DNA from: Clostridia bacterium
Lineage (GTDB): Bacteria; Bacillota; Clostridia; Christensenellales; UBA1242
NCBI GenBank assembly: GCA_045601705.1
Contig: JAZSAE010000053.1
Location: forward strand, 1-54,027
Reading direction: 5' to 3'
DNA length: 54,027 nucleotides
Notes under the pieces: model-generated
Databases searched by the model: none
Told to the model about the DNA's origin: nothing
The model's input: only the letters and a program-made list of their open reading frames with translations
In this document: positions 9,851 through 18,155 of the stretch, one piece after another
Position numbering within the stretch: the stretch's first letter is position 1
How the letters are laid out: each line of letters starts with the position of its first letter
Program-made: the position numbers and the translations under genes

Positions 9851-10207
9851 ATGGAAGTAAAACGAGGTGAAATCTATTTTGCTAATCTAGGCGATAATAA
9901 TTGCAATTTAAACAGTGAACAAGAAGGCTTCCGTCCAGTTTTAATTTTACAAAACGATATTGGTAATAAATACAGTCCAACAGTTGTGGTTGCTTGTTTA
10001 ACATCAAAAATATATAAGAATAAAATTCCAACACATGTATTCTTGAATGCAACTGATTATAATCTTCATTATGACAGTTTAGTTTTATGTGAACAAATCA
10101 AAACAATCGACAAAAAACGTTTGCATAACAAATTAACAACAATCAACTACAATGACCAACAACGTATTGACCGTGCTGTTAAATTAAGTTTAGGACTTAC
10201 CAATTGA
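9851..10207 (+). CDS. mazF: PemK/MazF family endoribonuclease toxin (EndoA-like)
   Basis: 118 aa, colinear with remembered B. subtilis EndoA. Matching segments: KRGEIYFANL, FRPVLILQNDIGNKYSPTVVVA, IPTHV, EQIKTIDKKRL. Confidence 0.85.
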   Translation: MEVKRGEIYFANLGDNNCNLNSEQEGFRPVLILQNDIGNKYSPTVVVACLTSKIYKNKIPTHVFLNATDYNLHYDSLVLCEQIKTIDKKRLHNKLTTINYNDQQRIDRAVKLSLGLTN

Positions 10208-12068
10208 AACTACGTTCATGATAACCACCAAAATAACCTAACTCCATCAGAAAACTACTTGGTACAGTACGACTTATTTCACCATTAAGGAAACGTGAAC
10301 GAGCATAAGAAATATTTAAATTACGCATAGCACGAGTAATTGCAACATAAAGTAAACGACGTTCTTCTTCCAGAATCTCATCCTTATATTGAGATTTATA
10401 TGATGGAAACAATCCATCTTCCATACCAACTATATAAACATTTTTAAATTCCAAACCTTTTGCACTGTGAATTGTTGAAATAATAACGTGATCAGTTGCA
10501 TCTGGGTCTTCACCGCCAGCTAATGTAACACTTTGTAAATAACTGCTTAAATCAGCTGTTGGATTAACCGTAGCAAATTCACGAATTGAACCACATAACT
10601 GATAAATATTTTCAAGGCGACTCTCACTATCATCTTTTTCAGACTCATAATGACTTTGTAATCCAGTAACATCAACTATTTCGTTTGCTAATGAAATTAA
10701 CCCCTGTTTTAATAAATCTTGTAACTGACGCAAAATATTAGCAAATTGACGAATTGCATTTTTAGTCTTAGTTGGAACTCCGATATCATAATTTTCAATA
10801 TCAACAACAATTTGATATGAAGTTAAACTATGTTCACGGGCATATTGTTTGATTTTAGCATGACAGGCTTCCCCGATGCCACGCTTGGGGAAATTGATAA
10901 CATTAAATAAAGCAACTTCATCATTATGATTGATAAGCAATCGTAAGTAATCCAAAACAATTTTAACTTCTGCACGTTCGTAGAATTTGAAACCACCCCA
11001 AACTACATAAGGTATGTTATACATACGCAAAGCTTCTTCAAAGCGGCGAGATAAAGCATTGATACGCATCAAAATAGCCGAATCAGACCAAGTACCACCA
11101 TTACGACGACATTCTAAAATATGACTAATAATTCCTTGCGCTTCTTGTTTATCATCATAATAATCTTCATAATTAATTAATCCATCATTTATATTGCTAA
11201 ACAACTTTTTATCAATACGATTATTATTTTTAGAAACCAAATCACTTGCCAACTTAACAATGTTACCCGAACTTCGAAAATTTTCTTCCAAGCGATAAAT
11301 TCGTGCTTCTGGAAAATCTGCTCGAAAGCGATTGATATTTTCTACACTAGCACCACGCCACGAATAAATACATTGGTCTTCATCACCAACCACCATTATA
11401 TTACGATGTTTTTGCGCTAACAAAGACACAATTTCATATTGTATTTCGTTTGTGTCTTGAAACTCATCAACTAAAATATATTGAAAATAATCTTTCAATT
11501 TATCACAAACCGTAGTATTGGTCTTTAATAGTTCTAATGTTTCTAATAATAAATCATCAAAGTCATAAGCATTATTTTTGCGTAATTGCTCACGATAAGC
11601 ATTAAAAATTTTTATCAAAGGATCATGGTAACTGGTAAATTCAACAATACCATTGTGCTTCCAATTAGATAAACCACTAACAGCAGCTTTATACAATTCA
11701 GTATCAACTTCTTGAAATAACTCTTTGATGATTTCTTTCAATACTTTGTTTGAATCAGAAGTTGCATAAATTGAAAAATTTGGTTTACCACTATGTTTAC
11801 GTAAAATACGAACACAAAAACTATGAAAAGTGCCTATAAACGTATTAAAAGGTCGTCCGAGTAATTTTTCAACCCTTTCACGCATTTCATTGCCGGCTTT
11901 ATTTGTAAAAGTCAAAGCTATAATTGATTTTTCTGGAATACCACTTTGCAATAGATGCAAAAGTCGACTGGTTAATACACGAGTCTTACCTGACCCAGCG
12001 CCAGCAGTTACCAACATCGCACCTAAAGGTGCATTAACAATCTCTGATTGAGTTATTGTCAATCCCAT
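10197..12068 (-). CDS. pcrA: ATP-dependent DNA helicase, UvrD/PcrA family
   Basis: 623 aa with helicase motifs AGAGSGKT, TFHSFC, DEFQDTN, GDEDQCIYSWRGA, LEENFRS, TIHSAKGLEF and YVAITRA. Confidence 0.88.
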   Translation of the reverse strand: MGLTITQSEIVNAPLGAMLVTAGAGSGKTRVLTSRLLHLLQSGIPEKSIIALTFTNKAGNEMRERVEKLLGRPFNTFIGTFHSFCVRILRKHSGKPNFSIYATSDSNKVLKEIIKELFQEVDTELYKAAVSGLSNWKHNGIVEFTSYHDPLIKIFNAYREQLRKNNAYDFDDLLLETLELLKTNTTVCDKLKDYFQYILVDEFQDTNEIQYEIVSLLAQKHRNIMVVGDEDQCIYSWRGASVENINRFRADFPEARIYRLEENFRSSGNIVKLASDLVSKNNNRIDKKLFSNINDGLINYEDYYDDKQEAQGIISHILECRRNGGTWSDSAILMRINALSRRFEEALRMYNIPYVVWGGFKFYERAEVKIVLDYLRLLINHNDEVALFNVINFPKRGIGEACHAKIKQYAREHSLTSYQIVVDIENYDIGVPTKTKNAIRQFANILRQLQDLLKQGLISLANEIVDVTGLQSHYESEKDDSESRLENIYQLCGSIREFATVNPTADLSSYLQSVTLAGGEDPDATDHVIISTIHSAKGLEFKNVYIVGMEDGLFPSYKSQYKDEILEEERRLLYVAITRAMRNLNISYARSRFLNGEISRTVPSSFLMELGYFGGYHERSFNW

Positions 12069-12080
12069 GACGTTATTATA

Positions 12081-12491
12081 CTACATTGACATAGTTTGAC
12101 AATTAAACAGTTGTTCTTTTTCGTATCGTTCACGATATTCTTGCAGTTTATGACTTAAACCAAAGATGTAACGTTGTCTTGCACCATCATCCATTGTTTG
12201 CATTAACTGATGATCCATTAAACTTGCCAAAGCATTCTCTCCATTACCAGCCATAAAAATTGCTTTAATTCGATTATATTCAAGTTCTTCTGCTGGATTG
12301 ATAACAGCTGCGATTTGTTGCTTGGCATGGTCTACAAGATATTTTTTGGCGGCATTAGTGTCTGCACCTTGACTGCGTAAAATAGTTAATGTTTTTTTAC
12401 GCCGTTGTTTTTCTTCTTGCCAAAAACCAGAAGATAAACGTTTAAAAGCCAACCTGGCCATTGTCCTTAGTTCAGAACCTTTCAGACTCAT
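12081..12491 (-). CDS. Hypothetical protein
   Basis: 136-aa ORF with a GGGGGA SD about 6 nt upstream of the ATG. Predicted helical, and no family is recognised. Confidence 0.5.
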   Translation of the reverse strand: MSLKGSELRTMARLAFKRLSSGFWQEEKQRRKKTLTILRSQGADTNAAKKYLVDHAKQQIAAVINPAEELEYNRIKAIFMAGNGENALASLMDHQLMQTMDDGARQRYIFGLSHKLQEYRERYEKEQLFNCQTMSM

Positions 12492-12609
12492 TTATTTTCC
12501 CCCAAAAATTTCTAATTTGCTTTTGTATTTCGTTTGATATTAAAGCATAAAAAAAGTGTTGATAAATGTCTAATTAAATCGTTCAACAAATTTCGACATA
12601 TGCACAAAC

Positions 12610-12645
12610 AAAAAAGCGACACGAAGATTTCAATGTCGCTTTTTT
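12610..12645 (-). terminator. Bidirectional rho-independent terminator
   Basis: Stem AGCGACA/TGTCGCT (12615-12621 / 12634-12640), flanked by an A-run on one side and a T-run on the other. It lies 22 nt downstream of the 22-codon ORF. Confidence 0.65.
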
Positions 12646-12666
12646 GCATTGTGTGGCTTTTAGCTA

Positions 12667-12735
12667 TTATTCAGCCTTTGCCGAACTTGATTTTTTACAA
12701 CGTCCAGTCTTACAATTCTTAGCTGTTTTTGCCAT
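12667..12735 (-). CDS. Unannotated 22-aa Lys/Cys-rich small ORF (MAKTAKNCKTGRCKKSSSAKAE)
   Basis: Hand translation of the minus strand. SD AAAGGAGGTG lies 5-6 nt upstream of the ATG, the stop is TAA, and a terminator hairpin follows. The ORF is too short to appear in the supplied ORF track. Confidence 0.5.
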   Translation of the reverse strand: MAKTAKNCKTGRCKKSSSAKAE

Positions 12736-12805
12736 TGTCCACCTCCTTTGTTCGATGTTCTTTCGAACTATTAGTATTTTGTGTAGACTTATAAATTTTA
12801 TACAA

Positions 12806-14572
12806 TTATTTTTTAATAACAGCTTTAATACGACGAATACCTGCGCTACTACTTTCTTCCTTAATGATTTTAAAACTAATTAAATCAGCAGTATTATTTG
12901 CGTGAGGGCCACCACAAATTTCGGTAGATACATCACCAATGGTATAAACTTTAACCCGTTCACCATATTTATTAGCGAATGAACCTTCTGCACCAATTTC
13001 ACGAGCTTCGGTAATTGACATTTCTTGAACAGTTACAGTAATTTTTTGCTGAATTGCATCATTAACAAATTTTTCCAAAAACACTATTTCATCAGGTGTT
13101 AATTTATGATCACAATTAAAATCAAAACGTAATCGTTCTGGTGTAATATTACTTCCTTTTTGGACTACTTCCTTACCTAAGAGTTTTTTCAAACCAGCCA
13201 ACAATAAATGTGTTGCTGTATGTAAATATGCTGTTTCTTCACTTGTGTCAGCCAAACCACCTTTAAAAGTACCTGCTGATGCTGTATGACTTAATTCACT
13301 ATGTTTATTCTTAGCAACTTCAAATTCTTCCATATTAACAGTTAATCCGTGTTCTGTTGCTAATTCTTGTGTTAACTCAATTGGAAAACCATAAGTTTCA
13401 TACAAACGAAAAGCAGTTTTACCTGAGAATTGTTTATCTTTTAAGTATGGTAAAATTTTATTAAATTCACGAATACCTTGTTCAATAGTCTTGGAAAACT
13501 TATCCACTTCATCTAAATAATTTTTAGTAACAGTAATATCAATTTGATAAATACCTTGGAAAAATTCACGATAGAACTGAATCAATCTTTCATAAACATT
13601 ACGTGAACAACCTAATTGGTTTGCCATACGAACTGCACGACGAATCAATCGACGCAAAACATATCCTTGACCGGTAGCAGATGGCAAAACACCATCACTT
13701 AAAATCATAGTTGCAGCACGTGTATGTTCTACAAGCACACGAAAAGCTTTTAAATGCTCTTGATACGATTGCTTACAATCATCAGCAACAATTTGAATTG
13801 CTGGTTCAAATAACTCACTATCATAAACAGTTTGATAACCATTTACAAAGCAAAGCAATCTTTCCAAACCCATACCTGTATCAACATTACGTTGTTTTGC
13901 AGGAACGACTTCACCGTCCTTTTGGTGAATAACATATTGCATATAGACATCATTACCAATTTCAACATATTTACCACAATCACAACTTGGATTACATTCT
14001 GGACCACATGGTGTTTTCCCGGTATCATAAAACATTTCACTATCTGGACCACATGGACCAGTTCCAGTTGCCAATTGCCACCAATTTTCACTCTTTGGTA
14101 AAAAGAAAATACGTTCTGCTGGAATCCCTACTTGTTGCCAATATTCGGCAACTTCATTATCACGTGGTGCAACTTCATCACCTGCGAAGGCTGTCACAGC
14201 GATACGGTTTTTATCTAAACCTAAATATTGTGGATTTGTCAAAAAATCATACGACCAGGCAACTTTTTCTTTCTTAAAATAATCTCCTAAAGACCAGTTT
14301 CCCATCATTTCAAAGAACGTTAAGTGACTGTTATCTCCTACTTCGTCAATATCACCAGTACGGACACATTTTTGTATATCACATAAACGTTTTCCAGCAG
14401 GATGCTTTTCACCTAACAAAAAAGGAACTAATGGTTGCATTCCAGCTGTAGTAAACAAAACACTACCATCGTTCTCAGGCACTAATGACCAAGAAGGAAT
14501 AATTTGATGTTCGTGTGCTTGATAAAAATCAAACCACATTTTTCTTAATTCGTGATATGTAATTTTACGCAT
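12806..14572 (-). CDS. alaS: Alanine--tRNA ligase, compact form (no C-Ala domain)
   Basis: 588 aa. Class II AlaRS N-terminus: FTTAGMQPLVPFLLG, GNWSLGDYFK, GPCGPDSEMFYD, DTGMGLERL. Editing-site motifs HTATHLL and CGGPH are present. Confidence 0.88.
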   Translation of the reverse strand: MRKITYHELRKMWFDFYQAHEHQIIPSWSLVPENDGSVLFTTAGMQPLVPFLLGEKHPAGKRLCDIQKCVRTGDIDEVGDNSHLTFFEMMGNWSLGDYFKKEKVAWSYDFLTNPQYLGLDKNRIAVTAFAGDEVAPRDNEVAEYWQQVGIPAERIFFLPKSENWWQLATGTGPCGPDSEMFYDTGKTPCGPECNPSCDCGKYVEIGNDVYMQYVIHQKDGEVVPAKQRNVDTGMGLERLLCFVNGYQTVYDSELFEPAIQIVADDCKQSYQEHLKAFRVLVEHTRAATMILSDGVLPSATGQGYVLRRLIRRAVRMANQLGCSRNVYERLIQFYREFFQGIYQIDITVTKNYLDEVDKFSKTIEQGIREFNKILPYLKDKQFSGKTAFRLYETYGFPIELTQELATEHGLTVNMEEFEVAKNKHSELSHTASAGTFKGGLADTSEETAYLHTATHLLLAGLKKLLGKEVVQKGSNITPERLRFDFNCDHKLTPDEIVFLEKFVNDAIQQKITVTVQEMSITEAREIGAEGSFANKYGERVKVYTIGDVSTEICGGPHANNTADLISFKIIKEESSSAGIRRIKAVIKK

Positions 14573-14586
14573 AATAAAACATTATA

Positions 14587-15720
14587 TCATAAATCGCCAA
14601 TTGTGTCTTCATATTTAAGCGTATTTTCGTCTTCTAATAAATTACCAAAACCTGCTTGCTTTAATAAGTCCATTAACATATCATTATTCGAAGTTGATAT
14701 TTTTTCAAACTCTTCCATATCCTTAGCAATTTCGTCTTCGGTTGGCATTTGTAAATTCAACTTACGAGCAATTTCTTCAACCAATGAACTTGGTTTGTTT
14801 TCTGTTGTTTCGTTTGTTTGTTCTTCTTGCTTTGGTTCTTCTTGCAGTTCTTGTTGTTCTTTATTTACAGAATCTTGCTCATCTTTTTTAGGTGTATTTG
14901 GATTAGACTTTTCCAAAATCGTACGACGTGGTAAAGTTGGAGGTACAGCATTTTCCGAAAAAATCGATTGTGGTTGATTAGGGGTCGACTGTAATTGAGA
15001 TTGAGCACTTGATACCGAACTAGTTTGGATATTAGGATTACGATTAACTGTTGGTTCAATTTTATTATTTGGAGCAATTTGTGATGGTTGATTTTGAACC
15101 TTACCATAAGTAGATTGTTCTAATGTAAAATTATAAGGCGAATACAACTTAAATGTTTGTGAAACAAATTTATTTTTACAATCAAAAACACTGTTATCAA
15201 TTATTGAAGTATTAACACCTAAATTAACTATTTTTTCAAATAATTGTTCTAGGTCACAAGGATAACACCAAATAAAAATCATATCTATTTTTTGTTTATT
15301 ATTTTCAGCACATTCGTAGGCGTCGATTAATAAACGTGAATCTAAACAATTAACACCAGTTTGTTTAAACTTCATCTTACCAATCGTTGTCATATTGTAT
15401 TCGGAAGCAATTTCACGAATTCCAGGTAAAGTATCTTCACTGAAACCATATAGTTTACATTGTTCAATTTGATATTTACCGTTGATAAAAAACAAAATTT
15501 CTAATAAATTTTCACGACTGATACCAACATTATCAACATCAATAAACATTGCAATTCGTGGTTTTGATACTGTTGATTTTTTCGCAGAACGTACACTCGG
15601 AGTATTTGCACTTTTTTTAGAGGATGTCGTTTTAGTACTTGTCAAAGTTTGAGCATCATCTTTTTTTGAACTTTTGCTCGTTGAAGTTTTTTTATAACCT
15701 TCATAAACTTTTTGTTCCAT
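14587..15720 (-). CDS. NYN (LabA-like) domain protein with long low-complexity flanks
   Basis: 377 aa. The central block IAMFIDVDNV...DMIFIWCYPCD...VNLG resembles the NYN/LabA fold. The N-terminus is Ser/Thr/Lys-rich and the C-terminus is Gln/Pro/Glu-rich. Confidence 0.6.
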   Translation of the reverse strand: MEQKVYEGYKKTSTSKSSKKDDAQTLTSTKTTSSKKSANTPSVRSAKKSTVSKPRIAMFIDVDNVGISRENLLEILFFINGKYQIEQCKLYGFSEDTLPGIREIASEYNMTTIGKMKFKQTGVNCLDSRLLIDAYECAENNKQKIDMIFIWCYPCDLEQLFEKIVNLGVNTSIIDNSVFDCKNKFVSQTFKLYSPYNFTLEQSTYGKVQNQPSQIAPNNKIEPTVNRNPNIQTSSVSSAQSQLQSTPNQPQSIFSENAVPPTLPRRTILEKSNPNTPKKDEQDSVNKEQQELQEEPKQEEQTNETTENKPSSLVEEIARKLNLQMPTEDEIAKDMEEFEKISTSNNDMLMDLLKQAGFGNLLEDENTLKYEDTIGDL

Positions 15721-15763
15721 AATCCCCCAAATCCACTATAAGACAAAAATCAAAAATTGACAA

Positions 15764-16702
15764 TTATTTTATACCAAGCAAACCAGCAGCAGCAATCATT
15801 GCTGCATTATCGCCACACAAAGAAGAATCAGGCAAAAATAATTTTACATTTTGTTTTTGACACATAATTGTAAATTGTTCACGTAAATATTGATTTGCAG
15901 AAACACCACCACAAATACCTAGCTTTTTTATACCAGTTGATTGTAAAAATTCAAGTGTTTTATTAAGTAATTGAGTTATCGCACAATATTGAAAATTAGC
16001 ACATATTTCAGGTAAATTTAATTTAATACCTTTTTGTTGAACTTGGTTAATATAATTCAAGACTGCTGTTTTCAAACCTGAATAAGAAAAGACATCTTTT
16101 GGAAATTTATTAAGTATTGGTGTAAAAGATAGTTTCATATCTGCCATCTTGGCAACCTTTGGACCACCAGGATATGACAACCCTAAAACCCTTGCAACTT
16201 TATCAAAAGCTTCACCGACAGCATCGTCTGCCGTAGTACACAATATTTTTGTTTCCCAATTTTCATTGATTTGATACAAAATTGTATGACCACCAGAAAC
16301 CAACAGACATAACATTGGTGGTTGTAAATCCGGATTAGATAAACGCAAACTTGAAATATGACCATATAAATGATTTACAGCAACAAATGGAATATCAAGC
16401 GCATTAGCAAGACTTTGACCGAAAACACGCCCTACCATTACAGCACCAGGCAATCCTGGATGTGTTGTAGCTGCCACTTGGTCTATTTGCTCAATCGATA
16501 CATTAGACTTTTTTAAGCATTCATCCAAAACTGGTAAAATATTTTCAATGTGATTACGTGCTGCAATTTCAGGAACAACACCACCAAATTCTTGATGAAT
16601 ATCAATTTGTGAAATTGTTACATTAGACAAAATTTTATAATTTTCATCAATCACAGCAACACTGGTTTCATCACAAGATGTTTCAATCCCTAAGGTTAAC
16701 AT
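15764..16702 (-). CDS. tsaD: tRNA N6-adenosine threonylcarbamoyltransferase
   Basis: Motifs LGIETSCDETS, NHLYGHI, GGVSAN and GDNAAMI. Start placed at ATG 16702 (MLTLGIE), directly after the prfB stop. Confidence 0.9.
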   Translation of the reverse strand: MLTLGIETSCDETSVAVIDENYKILSNVTISQIDIHQEFGGVVPEIAARNHIENILPVLDECLKKSNVSIEQIDQVAATTHPGLPGAVMVGRVFGQSLANALDIPFVAVNHLYGHISSLRLSNPDLQPPMLCLLVSGGHTILYQINENWETKILCTTADDAVGEAFDKVARVLGLSYPGGPKVAKMADMKLSFTPILNKFPKDVFSYSGLKTAVLNYINQVQQKGIKLNLPEICANFQYCAITQLLNKTLEFLQSTGIKKLGICGGVSANQYLREQFTIMCQKQNVKLFLPDSSLCGDNAAMIAAAGLLGIK

Positions 16703-16703
16703 A

Positions 16704-17756
16704 TTATTGATTTTCCTCGGTATTTTGTAACAAAAAGGCATCAGAAAATATTTTCAAATCACCATCCATAACTTTTTCAACATTTGATGTTTCAGCATTT
16801 GTTCTGTGGTCTTTTACCATTGTATATGGACAGAAAACATAACTGCGAATTTGACTGCCCCATTCGATTTTCATTTGTACTGGTTGTAAATTTTTTAATT
16901 TACGACGTTCATTTTCAAAATGGATGTATTCTAATTTAGACAATAAGTTCTGCATACAAGTTTGACGGTTTTGAATTTGACTACGTCCATTTTGACAAGT
17001 ACAAACAATACCAGTTGGTATGTGCGTAATACGAACAGCACTTTCGGTTTTGTTAATATGTTGACCACCAGCACCAGAAGCACGATAAACATCAATACGC
17101 AAGTCTTTTTCTTCAACCTTATACTCAGTTTTTTCAATTTGTGGAATTACTTCCACAGCCACAAAACTAGTATGACGACGTTTGTTTGCATCAAAAGGAC
17201 TGATACGAACAAGACGATGAACACCAGCTTCACTTTTAAAAATACCATAAGCATTTAAACCAGTGATAGAAATTGATGCACCTTTAATTCCAGCACCATC
17301 ACCTTCTTCAATATCTGTAATTTCGTAATTAAAATTTTGTTGTTCAGCAAATCGACACATCATACGCATAACCATTTCTGCCCAATCCTGCGCTTCCGTA
17401 CCACCTGCACCTGCTGTAATATTTAAAACACAGTTACAACCATCATATTTACCGACTAATAAAGTCTTAACATAAAATTCATCAAACTGCTTTTTCACAC
17501 GATCATATTCTTCAATTAACTCATTTTCGGAACAAACCAAAGTTAATTCCAAAAAATCATTTAAGTCTTTATTTACAATATCAAATTCAGCAACAAATTC
17601 TTGCAAAGATTTAATGCGCTTATTTTGTTCGACATTATTCCAATCTTGCTCTTGCTGTTTTAATAAATTTTCTAATTCTTGACGTTTACCACCAACTAAA
17701 TCGTTGATTGCATCAAGTTTTATTTTTGCTTTTTGAATTACATTATAATCTAACAT
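16704..17756 (-). CDS. prfB: Peptide chain release factor 2 (single uninterrupted ORF)
   Basis: 350 aa with the SPF tripeptide (RISPFD) and GGQ motif (SGAGGQHINKTESAVRITH). No upstream frameshift leader is present. Confidence 0.9.
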   Translation of the reverse strand: MLDYNVIQKAKIKLDAINDLVGGKRQELENLLKQQEQDWNNVEQNKRIKSLQEFVAEFDIVNKDLNDFLELTLVCSENELIEEYDRVKKQFDEFYVKTLLVGKYDGCNCVLNITAGAGGTEAQDWAEMVMRMMCRFAEQQNFNYEITDIEEGDGAGIKGASISITGLNAYGIFKSEAGVHRLVRISPFDANKRRHTSFVAVEVIPQIEKTEYKVEEKDLRIDVYRASGAGGQHINKTESAVRITHIPTGIVCTCQNGRSQIQNRQTCMQNLLSKLEYIHFENERRKLKNLQPVQMKIEWGSQIRSYVFCPYTMVKDHRTNAETSNVEKVMDGDLKIFSDAFLLQNTEENQ

Positions 17757-17762
17757 TATCTA

Positions 17763-18155
17763 TCACTTCTTTTCATTTAATTTTGCTCTTGCTAATTTTT
17801 TATAATAATCATCTACCGCATCGACAACAGCAGACTGAACTAAATCGGCAATATATAATTTGTCTTCTGGCAAGCCATCCATTGCGCTTACAATATCTTC
17901 ATTTTTAATAGTTAACGCTGTTTCAATTGAACTATTGATTAAAAAATCACAAACAACATCACTTGCAACTAATGCAAAAACACCACCAAAAGTTTTAAAT
18001 TTAGCTTCTGTAATAACGCCATTTGTAATCCGTAAATAAATTTTAATAACTGTACCCAAGCCTAAATTACCAACTTGTCCAACAGCATCAGCATTAGAAA
18101 TCATACCAGCATTTTGCAAAGACTGTAAACGTTCCAAAATAAAATCATTATACAT
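17763..18155 (-). CDS. IscU/NifU-like protein lacking the conserved cluster-ligand residues
   Basis: 130 aa, colinear with clostridial IscU as remembered. GNAKCGD is replaced by GNLGLGT, FGCGAAIA by FGGVFALV, and HCS by YIA. Confidence 0.75.
   Translation of the reverse strand: MYNDFILERLQSLQNAGMISNADAVGQVGNLGLGTVIKIYLRITNGVITEAKFKTFGGVFALVASDVVCDFLINSSIETALTIKNEDIVSAMDGLPEDKLYIADLVQSAVVDAVDDYYKKLARAKLNEKK

Noticed and set aside
10197-12491. UvrD-family helicase plus an adjacent 136-aa orphan, considered as a Gabija/Hachiman-like defence pair.
   Set aside because: The helicase has the full housekeeping PcrA/UvrD motif set and no OLD/TOPRIM or nuclease partner. The small neighbour has no recognisable effector features. 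It is most simply pcrA.
12592-12598. Perfect Spo0A-box heptamer (TGTCGAA on the minus strand) upstream of the 136-aa hypothetical gene.
   Set aside because: A single exact 7-mer is expected several times by chance in 54 kb on two strands. No second box or supporting context is present.
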